Shown here piece after piece: positions 50,343 to 63,271 of a stretch of 64,000 nt of DNA. Source of the DNA: Camelus ferus. Its lineage: Eukaryota. The position numbers and the translations under genes are program-made. The DNA is taken from positions 7,814,001 through 7,878,000 of the forward strand of contig NC_045696.1 in NCBI RefSeq assembly GCF_009834535.1, in the 5' to 3' direction. Position 1 is the stretch's first letter. Each line of letters begins with the position of its first letter. The notes beneath the pieces were generated by a model that had not been told where the DNA came from, ran no database searches, and saw only the letters and a program-made list of their open reading frames with translations.

Positions 50343-50660
50343 GAAAAGATTATACATCATGATCAAGTGGGGTTCATCCCAGAGACACAAGGGTGGTTCA
50401 ACATACGCAAATCAATCAATGTAATACATCACATGAACAAGAGAAAGGACAAAAACCACATGATCATCTCAATAAATGCAGAAAAAGCATTTGCTAAAAT
50501 TCGACACCCATTTATGATAAAAACTCTCACCAAAGTGGATATAGAGGGAACATATCTCAGCATAATAAAAGCTATATATGACAAACCTACAGCCAGCATA
50601 GTACTCAACAGTGAAAAACTCAAAATCTTCCCACTAAAATCTGGGACAAGACAAGGCTGA
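50343..50660 (+). mobile_element. Inverted L1 ORF2 reverse-transcriptase fragment (5' inversion of the same insertion)
   Basis: [29 protein letters not shown]...[13 protein letters not shown]...[27 protein letters not shown] is the L1 RT domain; followed by the TSD copy tactcccctttg (50662-50673), matching 49532-49543. Confidence 0.96.
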
Positions 50661-50769
50661 ATACTCCCCTTTGGAAGGAATGTGCTGGCAATTCTAGGAA
50701 TGGTTAGTTCCACCAGCATGAAATAGGCTGAGAATAAGAGACACCATTAAGATGATCCAAGACACGTCT

Positions 50770-50870
50770 CTGGTTTCAAAGATAAGGAAACGAAGGCTAA
50801 ATAGAAAAGTGACATTTCTGTGGTCCCAGAGCTATGAAGGGCAGAGCTGGGATTAGAACCCTTGGCTACC
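50770..50870 (-). mobile_element. MIR fragment
   Basis: aaagataaggaaacgaaggct...gtgacatttctgtggtcccagagctatgaagggcagagctgggattagaaccc. Confidence 0.65.
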
Positions 50871-51231
50871 TATGAGAACGCCAAGGATAATTTAACATCA
50901 TGCAGCATTCAGTCCTTTCCGCCTCCTCATGTCTTTAACTGGAAAAATCTTCAGTTTGAGTGGTATAATGTTAAGCTCCTCCCCAGATCCTATGTGTGCT
51001 TGACAATAGGTTAGTTATTAGGTGGTGGTATGGAAGATAGAGGAGACCACAATATTTCAATCACCTTTTGAAAAGGCTTCTGCTTCAGTGTGCTAATTAT
51101 CTCCTAGAAACATTTTTTAATGTTTATGCAGTCTTTTTTATAGTTTTTATTGCATGAAGAATTCTTTAAAGTCTATAGTGCTTTACAATTTTCAGAAGTT
51201 TCACACACATGACTTCATATCATCCCATAAT

Positions 51232-51330
51232 AACCCTTTCTCCCCCACCCCTATACTGCACCCCCTTTCCCCTCCCCACTGGTAACCACCAGTTTGTTCT
51301 CTATTTCTGTGAGTCTGTTTCTTTTTTGAG
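51232..51330 (-). mobile_element. L1 3' UTR fragment
   Basis: cccctttcccctccccactggtaaccaccagtttgttctctatttctgtgagtctgtttctttttt. Confidence 0.7.
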
Positions 51331-54300
51331 AACTTTTTTTTTCCCTAATCAGTGACAATGTAGAGTTTCTAACTAGGAATTTTTTAAAAAGAATATTCTG
51401 AGGAGGGGTGAGGTGGGGGTGTGCTCTTGTAGAAAATATTTTATATAGAAAGTACTGCAGCCTGTCCCATCACTTACCAGGACTGAGTGGGGGAAACGGC
51501 TGTTTTCAAAAGTCTCACTGGTGTTTGCCCTCCAGTCACAAAAGCAGAGTTCCCGCATTAACTGACAGGGACTCTCCTCCCCACATTTCTAGGATTTACA
51601 GATGTCTTAGGGACTTTTCTTAGTGGGGACTGCCCCCAGTGCTGTGGAGGTGTCTCCAGACCTTGAAAACACATGTGGTTCCCTCAGACGTACAGAGCCA
51701 AACTGCTGTACGGAGCTCGCCACACTCCATATTACTTATTTATACACCATCTCTTTCCAAAGAGCCTTGGAAGATCCCCCAAACAAAGCAAATAACATGT
51801 GTGTTCCAATGTCAGTGCAACAAAATCCCCCAAGACCTTGTAAAGGTGGAGGAAGCAGAGGGAGTAAGCGGAGCCCAGTTCATTCTGAGACTTTGAACTT
51901 GACTCTAATCTTCCCAGCAGCCACGGGGTTGCATAATACTCATTATTAGAAAGAGGGGAACCAGTAACCTTTTAAGGGGCTTGTCCCCTGTGACGTTCTA
52001 TTCTAAAAAAAGAGTAGGTCTTTCCTTGGACCTTCTATAGGGCTCCCTGGGGGACAAAGTGAGCCGAGCCCTTCACGATGATTTCAGCCCAAATGCGGAA
52101 GCAAACCTCATCCAGCTGCTTCGTGTAATGACCCGAATGAAATCTAAGGGTATAATCATAAACACGAGCACACGGACGCAACTCTTCCAGGGCCAGAGTA
52201 ATAGGGTCCAGAAAGGCACTTTCCTTGAGTGCATGTGTCTTGAAGGGATGGAACGTAAATCCATTCAGGACTGGGGACCATCACCAGGCAAGACCCAGCA
52301 GATGGCGGGGTTCCTGGTTGCACAAAGCATTCCTGCGGGGAGCAGCTTCAGAACCTCCAGCACACGTGTGTGTCGGTGCTGGCAGTGTGATAGCCTCCCT
52401 GAGTTCGTCTTTGGGGCAACCTTCATTTAGGGACATGGGAACACAGCAAGTAGCCTGTTCTTAAGCACGCGAGATGCTTGAGCCTTTATTGGCTATAAGC
52501 ACTAGTGAGAGCTGCAGTTTATATTAAATTCACCCTCCTGTGGACGCCTGTTTAGTGTGTGTTAGAAAGCCAGGCTCACCTCTGAGGATAATGCAACCCA
52601 CATGTGGAACTGCTCCCTTCCCCGACCAACAGAAAGAGCTCAGGTAGCAAGTATTTTTTTTTATTGCCCTTCAGAAGAGCAGGCGCCGAGCCAAGGGTGT
52701 TGGCTTCTGCACCCCCTGCTGTTACAGAGACAGGATGGATGTGCGAGCAGGAAGGGTGAGGATGGCGCCCTGGGCATCATCTTGGTGAGTTCAGGGTTCT
52801 CCTGACAAAGCGGACGCCCAGACCGTGGTAATCATCCATAAAGTATTTCAGCATTTCAGTGCACCCTGCTGTCCCATCTCATGGAGTCCCATTTCCAGAG
52901 GAGAGTGCACCTGGGGATCCAAGGGGACGCCTGCAGGAGCGGAGGCAGTGGGGCAGCTGCAGCCTGAGGTGTGAGGGCTCGGGAGATAGGGGGACCCGGC
53001 ACAACTGCCTTTCCTTGCTCAGACTGTGTCCTCCAGGATGAGACCGTGAGCGCGGAAGTCTGAGGGTGTGTGTGCACTCATTAAAACATCATTTTCTCCC
53101 TCACAAAACCAACAGCTCCCTATCCCTGACGCGGCCAGGAGGTAGATGGACCCCGGCAATTAGCAGAGGCCTCCAGCACCCTCAGGTGTGGGTGAGGGAA
53201 CCCAGGCCTCTGGGCTGAGAGAATGAAAGCTAGCAGGTTCCCTGAGCAGCCCAGACAGAGACAATGGCCTGACAGACTCTCTCCTCCAAGTGACTTTTAT
53301 CCTTTCTCTCAACTGTCATAGAAGCAGGATTGCTGGGATGTGGAAGGGAGCACTGTGGAGAAGAGAAAACCCTCTATTATTTGAAGAAGTCTGTGATCTG
53401 ATAAAACAGGAATTTAGCTGGACTTGTCTTTTGACATCACGCCTAAAAAATTTAGATTATTTAAGATGCATTTTCAATGCTATTGGAAAAAACCTGAAAT
53501 CTTAGATTTGGTGCAGACCACTAACAAAATGACAAACTGCTTCATCTTGGAATGGTAATAGAAATATAATGCAAATCTATAAATATGATCTAAATGGTGT
53601 GTGTGTGTCTGTGTGTGTGTGTGTGTTGTATATGCACATACATACATATGCTGGTGGTGTATTAGTCAGCATTGCTGCAGGAACAAACAGCCCCAAATTC
53701 CCAATATTTGGCCATGGGTAGAAAGGCCATGTTGTGGCAGTGTGAGGTCACAGGCACAATGACACAGTGGGATGAAGGAGATGAACCCTCCTGTCCCACA
53801 TGGCTCTGATGCCCTCTGTCCCCACTTGTTCATGCCAGGAGCAGCCCGGGAACTGCAGTCTGGGGGAAAAGATTAGGAGGAAGAGGATGGTCTTGACACA
53901 TTTGAAGGGATGGTCATGGAACAGGGGAATGAGAATCCTTTTCTCCTTCCCCAAGAGATGGAGAGTGTAGGGAAGTGTGTTTTGGATGCACATAAAGGAC
54001 GGTTCTGTACCACATGATCTATCCCAAGGAAAGAGTCTGTCCCAGGGCCTGCGCTGTGATCTGGAGGGACGTGTCAGAGAGGGCCCAGGTGAGTCTTGGT
54101 GGCCTTCAGGCCTCTTCTAAGCCAGGAGTGTGTGACCTACAGGGCTGCCTGCCTGAGAGCCGACCCTCCTGGCCTGGGTTACTATCTATTCCAGTGTATC
54201 AGAAAGTTCTTTTAAAGGGTGACTGCTGTGTATTTCACAGTTTTATTTTTGAACCATTTGAACAGGATTTTACTTTTTGAAGGCTTTGGGGAACTCCAAA

Positions 54301-54869
54301 ACTGGATAAAGTTTATTTTTACTTCACATATGTTACAGATCAAAAGATTCATCATGGAAAAAATATCCTAATGATCTGAGATGATCTAATGCTTGTGCCT
54401 TTTTCAGAATAGTTCCCTGGCCTCCACTGGGGGCCACTTACTACCCTTTGAGATGTCTTGAGAATGACATGCGTTGCCATTATCACACCAAAGCACACGT
54501 TTTCATTTTGTTAAAACCTATTATTTTTTGGTTGAGAAGTGGTATGTAACATTTGTTTTTATCAAAGAAAGAAAAATAGGCTTGTAGTAGAGAGGCAAAC
54601 ACATTTTTCAGATACTCATGATTCATCCACCAAAAACTTTATGAATATCTATTTCATTACATTTATTACATTTTCAGCTGCAACTGAAAAGAAATGAAAG
54701 TGGAAAAAATGTGAACTTTCTAAGAGAGAAAGCTGTGTCTATTTCTAAGCTGTGAAGAATTTATATGAAGGTTATGTTATTTTAAAACATTCCTTATAGC
54801 AACATAAAACTTTAAGTTTCAAGTTCCTGATGGTGAGTTAGAGTCAATTTGATTAGCTGGCACGAGGCT

Positions 54870-55082
54870 GCTGTTTCCCAAAGTGTGTTCTCAGGAGAGC
54901 TAGCTTCACAAACTGTTCCTCGGTTGGTTCTGTGGGTTTTATGATCCAAAAAGTCGGGAAGAGCTAGAGCTCACTTCCCTGACTTGCAGAATCATAAATC
55001 TCAATGGCACAGTCAAGGCTCTGAGATGTCTTATAATAAAGACCCTCGTTAATATCTCTGGGAACACATTTTGGGAAACGAT
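54870..55082. mobile_element. Non-autonomous hAT-Charlie-like DNA element with terminal inverted repeats
   Basis: gtttcccaaagtgtgttc (54873-54890) and gaacacattttgggaaac (55062-55079) are inverted repeats with 17/18 identity. Confidence 0.75.
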
Positions 55083-55224
55083 GGGGGTAGGATGAAGACC
55101 ATTGGGTTGATTGCCAGAGATTGGATCCTAGCCCTGGTTCTGCTACTACTGGCTCCTGGACTCAGGCAAGCCACTTTTCTGTGCTATGCTTCAGTTTCCC
55201 CAGGTGTATAGCAGACTTAGGGAT

Positions 55225-55592
55225 GTGCTGTCAGCGATACCTAGAGCTGGTGTTCACAGTGAACCACTCTCCCCTTCCCTGTTAAAGGATTAGATATCCC
55301 TGCCCCACTGACCTTGGGCTTATCCATGAGGTATCCTTCCACCAATGCACCATGAGCTCATGGACTTAAGCCATGTGTGTGCACAAGCTCTTTTTAGGAA
55401 GCACCGTGGGAGCTTCTGCCGCTCTTTTCCTCTGCCTGGAGAGCTGGAACAGGCTGCTTCTTGAGCCTGTATCCTGGCATGAGAAGATGGGTCGAGCAGC
55501 AGACTCGATAACCTAGTGAGAAAGATGTCTTTGCTGTTGTAATTCCCTAGAATTTAGAGCTGTTTGTTACTGTGGCAATGCTGACCAATACA
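55225..55592 (+). mobile_element. Old MLT1 LTR remnant following a MIR fragment (about 55110-55225)
   Basis: cctgccccactgaccttgggcttatccatgag...ccaatg...tctttgctgttgtaattccctagaatttagagctgtttgttactgtggcaatgctgaccaataca. Confidence 0.7.
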
Positions 55593-56025
55593 CCAGCTCA
55601 GGTCCCCTCCAGCTCTAATACACTAACATTCTTAAATGCATCTGACCCCATCCCTGAGTTGTCCCCTTGAGTTTCTTCATCCTCATCATCCTCTAGCACA
55701 CAGAGATGCCCATGAGACTCCTCCCCACAAAATTTCTGAGTGGCCCTTTATCATCCTCAAGAGACAGAGGGTCAACAGCCTGTGGTTGGGGATGCAGTCA
55801 CAACCTGAGCCTGCTCACTATAGGATTTTGATGGGCTTGGGCATTTCAGAAGCCTGTAGGTGATGGAGTCAGGAATCTAGTGGTCTTTGGTCCTGGAAGC
55901 CCCCTTGGAAAGAACCCATCCACAGGTAAGAGCTGGCAGATCTTCCAGTCCAGCTGAGCATAATAATATGGTCCCAGTGTGTGGGTTCTGGAATCTTCCA
56001 GGCCTGCCTAGCTCTGGTGTCTGTG

Positions 56026-56075
56026 ATATCTATCTGTCTGTCTCCCTATCTATCTAACTATCTATCTATCTATCT
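56026..56075. repeat. (TATC)n-type microsatellite
   Basis: atatctatctgtctgtctccctatctatctaactatctatctatctatct. Confidence 0.8.
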
Positions 56076-56400
56076 CACAACTTCTTTATCCAGTCATCTG
56101 TCAATGGGCATTTAGGTTGCTTCTATGTCTTGGCTATTGTAAATAGTGCTGCTGTGAACATTGGGGTGAATGTGTCTTTTCAAATTAGAGTTTTCTCTGG
56201 ATATATGCCCAGGAGTGGAATTCCTGGGTCTTATGGTAATTCTATTTTTAGTTTTTGAAGGAATCTTCATGCTGTCCTCCATAGTGGCTGCACCAATTTA
56301 CATTCCCTTTTTGTAGGAGGGTTCCCTTTTCTCCACACCTTCTCCAGCATTTATTGTTCATGAACTTTTTGATGATGGTCATTCTGATTGGTGTGAGGTA
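56076..56400 (-). mobile_element. L1 ORF2 3' region fragment
   Basis: ttctttatccagtcatctgtcaatgggcatttaggttgc...ggatatatgcccaggagtgg...ccatagtggctgcaccaatttacattccc...attctgattggtgtgaggta. Confidence 0.9.
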
Positions 56401-56519
56401 GCCCAAATTTCTCCCATAAGTTCTTTATATCCAGATGGATGACAACCCTTCTCTTTCTTGCTCATAGAAACTGACAGACCAAATGGTCTGGTATTTGTTG
56501 ATCTATGTCCAGGGTGATA

Positions 56520-56812
56520 GCCATCAGCCACAAAGATGTAAAATCTGAGCATTTAAAGGTGAGATATGCTGTAAGTATGAAATCGGTTGAATTCAAAGAC
56601 TTGATAAGAACAAAATAGTATCAAATATCTCAATAATTTTATAGACTATTGATATGATTACACGTGGAAATGACAATGCTTCAGATATATCAAGTTAAAC
56701 AGAATAGATTTCTAAATTTTTTTCAACTTGTTTCTATCTGTTTCATGTGGCTACTGGAAAGTTTTAAATTCCGTCAGTGGTGTGAGTGACACTTCTGCTG
56801 GGCAGGGCGGAT
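56520..56812. mobile_element. MER33/MER3-like hAT-Charlie element
   Basis: gagatatgctgtaagtatgaaa...ttcaaagacttgata...aaatatctcaataatttt...gattacacgtggaaatgacaat...atgtggctactggaaagttttaaatt. Confidence 0.75.
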
Positions 56813-57480
56813 GTAGGCCTACCATCCTAATTTGTTTCTCTCAATACACCTCTCATGTGTTTCTTGCTTGTTTTGCAGACCTCCATGCACCTGTGTGTCA
56901 GTTGTGTGGGACAGTGGACATGAACGTGGACGGTGGCACAGAGGACACCCAGGGTGGTGGTTCTCCAACAAGTGGGAGAACTCTCTGGAAACTCAAGCTC
57001 TGACAGCCACTTCTGCGTCAGAAACCTCCCAGGTGTGCACATAAATATTGGCTAAATAGATATGTTCTTCTTAGTAAATGTGACTCCCAGCCCAAAGATG
57101 TGTGAAAAAGGTGAGTCTAAAGAAGGAAGGAAAGCAGGAAGAGTGTTCTTTATTTACAGAAAAAAATGAATCATAAGCCTCTTTGAAAACAACAATGTCC
57201 TTGAAGCATTTAAAATACCATTGGATCATTTGGTGAGTTTTTCAGGGGCCAATTATCCTTGCCTTCTATCAGAGTTTTCTGTCTGTTTTCAACTCTCTGA
57301 CAAGAAGAAGCTCCTAAGAGCAGGATGTGCACTTAATCGGCTTCTGTTAACTGGCTGTGGGTAGTAGGGGGTGAGAACCTCCCACGGGGTTGAATTGTAT
57401 GAAGGGCTCAGGGGCGGACAGCCTGGGGCTGAACTTTGGCTCAGCCCTTTATTAGATGCATGCGCTTAAGCCAAGTCCTA

Positions 57481-58029
57481 TGTATTGACTATATTGTCTT
57501 AGTTTCCATGTTCTGGATGCTCTGGCATTTGGGGTCTTGTACCTGGAGAGACTGCCCCTCTCAGGGCTAGCTAATTCCTACAGATGCAAACAACTCTCCT
57601 GCAAGCGTCCCTTTGATATACAAGCCAACCAATCCAGAGTCTGCATCTCAACCATCTCCGTTAGGTAACTGCCACATGCCTTGTCAATATTCCCCCTGCC
57701 CTGAATCACCCCAGGGCCAGGAACCAGATAACCAGGGATGGCCCTATGGCCCAGAGCCTGCTGTAATTATTCAAAATTACCAGTCCTAAACTGTTTCCTC
57801 TGTCCTGTCTTGCCTTCCCATGAAGACCCCAGGAAAGGCCCTGGCTCTCCCTCCCCGCCCTCTGCCCTGAACAACCCCGTTGCTTCCCCAAGTGGCCCTG
57901 CACCGCATTCCACACCTCCTGTTCCTTGGGAGCTGTGAGTAGAAACTCCTTCCCCTGTGACAATCATTTCTGGATTTTCATGTCTTACCACACCTGATTA
58001 AAACAAACCCAGGGCACATCTTTAGAACA
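57481..58029 (+). mobile_element. MER74-like solo LTR (ERVL) inserted in a MIR
   Basis: tgtattgac...ggatgctctggcatttggggtc...ggagagactgcccctctcagggctagctaattccta...aaccaatccagag...tttagaaca; TG...CA ends; TSD tccta/tcctg; MIR halves at about 57410-57480 and 58030-58100. Confidence 0.85.
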
Positions 58030-60010
58030 TCCTGGCCTCTCTGAGTCTTGACTCTGTCATCTGTAAGACGTAGGTAACAGTGTCCCCTCCACAGGGAGAG
58101 CCTGTGTGTCACAGTCGCTTTGCACCTGCCCTGCCCCACAGAGCTCAAAACGTGGGGAGGGGTTTTAAAAAGGAGTTGCCTTCTATGATTTCATTCCCTT
58201 TTTCAGTGTTGTTCCTTGATGCACTGATAGGTTGTTTATTAAACAAGCAAAAATAACTAAAACTGAAAGTAAAAATAGAAGCCCCTCAGCCTTGGATGGC
58301 ACAGGCAGCAGAATCCAGGATCCAGCACCTGAGGGTGGGCCGCGTGTGGTTGGATGTGAGCACAGCCACCTCTTCCTCAGCCCCAGCTCCACCCCTCAGC
58401 TCCCCAGTGGGAACCAACTTCCAAGCCTCGCTTCTGACCTGACCCCCACCCAGGCAAGGAGCTTTCTCTCCCCTGAGTTGCATCCTCCCTTAAACCTGGT
58501 CTACTTGGTGTTGCCAGTTCAGGGATAAGTTAACCAGGGGCTGGCGAGCAGTATATCCTCTCAATCACAAGGCCGCTAAAGGGGAACGTGTAACCCAGGG
58601 GTTGTCCCCACCCAAACCTGAACACGAGTAGGCAGGTGGGATGGAGGGGCTGCACAGGTGTCTCCCTCCACCCCAGATAGCACAGCATTTCTCCTCTCCT
58701 TCTTTCTCCAGAATCCGTCTGTCGATTCAGGAAACGGCAGCAGTGACCAGTAGAGTGGAATTGACCTCGTGGCCAGACTGCGGAGGAGCCCCACCAAAGC
58801 CTGGCCAGCGCGTACACAAACTCAGCCCTGCCCTGTGGATACAGGCAAGAGTGTATCTATAAAATTAGTATATAAGAATGACATTTGAATATTTTAGTAA
58901 ACCACAGAAACATGCGATTTTTAAGTGGCTTGTAGAAGGAAAAAGTCAGAAAGCGATGTGCCTCAACGTTGAACGAAATAAAATAAAGTAACAGGTGGGA
59001 GCACTGAGGGAGGGGGCGGAGCAGAAGACCCTCCATGCTACAGGCAAAGGCACTGACCTCAAAGTTGATCTGTGACTGCCCAGCTTCGCCCGTGCAAAAC
59101 ATTTCTCCTGCATAATTTATACAGTGACATCAGATTTCCTGGTGGTTCGGAAGAAATGAAAACACTATATATTAGCTGTAATTTACAAGGTCAAAAGGAA
59201 ATTTTTGGACACATATTTAACTGTATTCAATTACTAGCAACGTCTGTTTGTTGTAAAATAAGAATCATCTTAAATAATTCACTTTAAAATGAAAAAGAGT
59301 ATTTCAAAACTTTTCCCCCTATTTTACAGCAGAATGACTTTAGCCAAATAAGAAGTTGAATCAGCTTTTCATGATTATATATTTCAGTTAGCTTGCCTTA
59401 AGCCTTTTCTGGAACAAGGCAGGGTATAACAAATAATATATATATTTTAAAGTTAAATCTGGAATATATCACAGTGAACTTGCTAGTTAGGACCTGGGCT
59501 GCCGTAGGTGTTCAGCTGAGAACCTAAAAATGGTCGTGTCTGTGTGGCAGGCAAAGAGTGGTTTGCAAATTTTTTCAAAAAGGAAAAGCAGGGTTCAGAC
59601 CTCACCCAATCCATTTGCTTTCAGTCTTTCAAGAGCTCTGTTTCTACCTTTCTGGTTTCCACTTAGATCAGATGACGTCCAGAAAACCCCAAAGGAAATC
59701 TGCTGATAGAATGCAGAGGTAGGTAGCCATTGGGGTTTCTGAGGCTGGACCTGTCAAACCCACTCTCCTCTTCCACGACCTCCCTCCCCAGAGACAGACG
59801 GTGACCCTCTCTGTAGTCTTCTCCCCTGGAGAGGAAGGAAAGTCTCCACCCTGCCATCGCCTTAGGGCTAAAATTCAGTTGGAAATTCGCCAAGACTAAC
59901 CTAACTAACTCTGTGTCACTTGAATGATAGGGTTAGAGAATTTACAGGGAGGGGTGTCTTTGCAGACGGGAGAGCTACAGGGACTGAATTAGATACAAGA
60001 CAGAAGGCAA

Positions 60011-60128
60011 GGGATGCAGGGTATGGCTCTTGCTTAGCATGCACGAGGTCCTGGGTTCAATCACCAGTACTTCCATTAAAATAAATACATAAATAAATAA
60101 ACCTAAGTACCTCTGCCCAACAAAAAAA
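60011..60128 (+). mobile_element. tRNA-derived SINE (vic-1-like) with a deletion in the A-box region
   Basis: agggtatggctc-[gap]-ttgcttagcatgcacgaggtcctgggttcaatcaccagtacttccattaaaataaa...aaacctaagtacctc; TSD-like aagacagaagg/aagtcagaagg. Confidence 0.88.
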
Positions 60129-61514
60129 GTCAGAAGGGAGAAGAAAATAGTCTTTGTGTTTTTCTGCCACGGCCTAAAGCTCAAAAACCCATCCTTTGAT
60201 AAGGGATCATAGTTTATAAACTATGGTCAGCGGCAGAAAGGGGACAGTTTCATTCAGATCAATTTATGTCAACATCACAAAACAATGGCAGGAAGGGGCA
60301 CGGGGTTTTGCACAGATAGAATCCAATGACTTTCCATCTACTTAACCCACGCGTTCCTGCCAAAGAGCTGTAACTTGTGCCAATCCAACAAAAACACATT
60401 TGAGAACACACCAGGGTACCTCTTAAACCGACAAAGGAGACAAGAAAGTTGGAATGTTAAGGTTTAAAATAAATGTTGGTGTGTGGGACCATTAATAATA
60501 GTAAAAAAAAAAAAAAAAAAAAACCTCACTGAATTTGGCGTAGATTTGTCTCACTGTCTTATTCTAAGTTGAAAACACTAATAAAAAAAAATAATGTAGC
60601 CCTGAATGTAAAAACCATATTACCCCAGTCTTAAAGATTTCTCCTGTCAGGAAACCCTGGGGAGTTGTCAAAAATAAATAAAATCTAAGCTAAAGAGAAA
60701 GTTATTGAGAAGGTGGGACAGGGTAGGAACTTTATATGTGGCAGCCAGGAATGCTGGGTTGACAGATGTGGCTAATTCTGAAAGAATAATTTCCTATTCG
60801 AATAACAAGTAAAAGGTGTTTAAAGAGAGAAAGGTTATATTTCACTTCAGCAAGTACAGCTTTTGGTGAGTGTTACATAAATATCGATTAAAAGCACCGT
60901 GTCGTTTCCTTCACTTTGACAGATAGAAAGAATATCAGGTTATCAAGAGTCTTTCCTCCTTGGCTGGTATATTACAGAGATTGGATCCACCAAGGCTCCT
61001 CTGCCATATTCAGGGGACATAGGAATTTACAATTTATATTATTAATTTAAGAAGCACGCGTGGGGGCATGCTTGTTAGTTTGGTGTTTGGTTTGGCTTGC
61101 AATCCGCAGCGTTTTTAATGATGACCATCAGTGCGGTGGTGTTCACTATGTACAGAATTTGGTTCCTTCTTTGGGGCCAGATCACACAGGATGAGTAATT
61201 TTCCTGGAGGCTGGGTCCTGGAGAAGCAGTTGACAAGAGTTTGTCTACAGCTTCCTACAGGGCAGTTTACCAACCAGAAATGGTCAGTGAGAGACTCAGC
61301 AGATGGTCCTAAGCCAGACAACAGGAGGGATGACCAACCGAGGAGACTAGTGTTCATAACTCACCTAGTCAAACCCTTTTAACTCTTTGTCCTTTTATTT
61401 CCTGCTCTGTTAGGAAAGCACAGTAGCCCCAGCCTTATCAGTCTTTTAATACTGACACTGATAACAGTAGTAATAGTAACTGATAATAAAATAATTGTGC
61501 TAGTCACGTTCCAG

Positions 61515-63270
61515 TAGATATCACTGCGTAACAAGCCACCCCAACCCCAGGAGGCTTAAAATGATCATTGTTATATTATAGTGCCCGATTTTTTAAAAAC
61601 TTAAGTATAGTTGATTTACAATGTTGTGTTAGTTTTAGGTTTACAGCAAAGTGATTTAGTTATATATATCTGTTCTTTTTCAGATTCTTTTCCATTATAG
61701 TGCTATTCAGTAGGTCCCTGTTGTTTATCTATTTTATATATAGTAGTGTGTATCTGCAAATCCCAATTCCACTCCACCAACCCTTTCCCCTTTGGTAAAA
61801 ACCATAAATTTGTTTTCTGTGTCTGTGAGTCTATTTCTGTTTTGTTTTGTAAATAAATTCATTTGTGTCTTTTTAAAGATTCCACATATAAGTGATATCA
61901 TATAATTGTCTTTCTCTGGCTTACTTCACTTAGTATGATCATCTCTAGGTCCAGCTATGTTGCTACAAATGGCATTGTTTCATCCTTTTTTATGGTTGAG
62001 TAATATTCTGTTATAAATATTATATATATATTTGCAAATGTGTGTATATACATATGTATATAAATACCACATTTTATCTTTTCATCTGTTGATGGACATT
62101 TAGTTTGCTTGTATGTCTTGGCTATTGTAAATAGTGCTGCTATGAATGTTGGAGTGCATGTATCTTTTTAAATTAGAGTTTTCATCTTTTCTGGATATAT
62201 GCCCAGGAGTGGGATTGCTGGATCTTATGGTAGCTCTATTTTTAATTTTTTATGGAACTCCATACTGTTCTCCATAGTGGCTGCACCAATTTACATTCCC
62301 ATCAACAGTATAGGAGGATTCCCTTTTCTCCATACCCTCTCTGGCATTTATTATTTGCATACTTTTTAATGATGGCCATTTTAACCAGTGTGAAGTGATA
62401 CTTCATTGTAGTTTTGATTTGCATTTCTTCTAATAGTTAGCAATGTTGAGCATCTTTTCATGTGCCTGTTGGCCATCTGTATGTGTTACTTGGAGAAATG
62501 TCTATTTAGGTCTTCTGCCCATTTTTTGATTGGTTTGTTTGATTTTTTTTTTTTTTTTGATATTGATCTGTATGAGCTGTTTGTATATTTTGGAAATTAA
62601 TCCCTTGTCAGTTGCATAATTTGCAAATATTTTCTCCCACCCTATAGGTTGTCTTTTCATTTTGTTTCTGATTTCCTTTCTATGAAAAGCTTTCAAGTTT
62701 AATTGGGTCCCATTTGTTAATTTTTGCTTTTATTTCCATTACTCTAGGAGATGGAGCCAAAAAAAATATTGCTGCAATTTATGGCAAAGAGTGTTCTGCC
62801 TGTGTTTTCCTCTAGGACTTTTATAGTGCCCAGTTTTGTGGGTCATGAATTCAGGCCAGGCTTGGCTGGGGGATTCTTCTGCTACACGTGGTGTTGAGGG
62901 AGGGAGGTCCTTGGCGGCACTCAGCTAGCAGATGTGCTGGTCTGGAGGGACTGTGATGCCTGGGAGAGCTGGAAGGCTGGGCTCAGCTGGAATACGGATC
63001 AGAGCACCCCCAGGTGGCCTGTCTCAGGGTGGTCCATCTTCTCATTTGGTGGCTCAGGGCTCCAAGAGCGAATGTTCCCTGTGAACAAGGAAAAGGCATG
63101 GCTTCTCATGATTCAGCCTCTGAAGTCACACTTTTTCTATATCCTAGTGATAAGGCACTTGGAGAGCCCGCCCAGATTCAAGTAGAGGGTATGCAGATTT
63201 TCTGTCCCACCCCCACCCCACCCCCCACCTTGCACTTGCAAAAGGAGGAGTGAAAAAACTGCCAATCTAC
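61515..63270 (-). mobile_element. MLT1 (F/G/H-like) LTR split by an L1 insertion
   Basis: Left part cactgcgtaacaagccacccc...ggcttaaaatg; right part tttgtgggtcatgaattcaggccaggcttggctggg...cagcctctgaagtcacac...cagattcaagtagaggg. Confidence 0.7.
61587..62820 (-). mobile_element. Cetartiodactyl-type L1, about 1.2 kb 3' portion
   Basis: ORF 62502..62696 ([31 protein letters not shown]) is L1 ORF2; full 3' UTR; TSD ttatagtgccc at 61576-61586 and 62821-62831. Confidence 0.95.
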
Positions 63271-63271
63271 C

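Noticed and set aside
50253..50660. Reverse-transcriptase-like ORF as a retron, DGR or other novel RT system
   Set aside because: It is a truncated LINE-1 RT fragment that stops before the FADD catalytic motif and lies within one TSD-bounded L1 insertion.
60465..60523. AATAAA followed about 30 nt later by a long A run, as a processed-pseudogene end
   Set aside because: I found no matching upstream TSD and no recognisable mRNA body; a simple mononucleotide run is sufficient.
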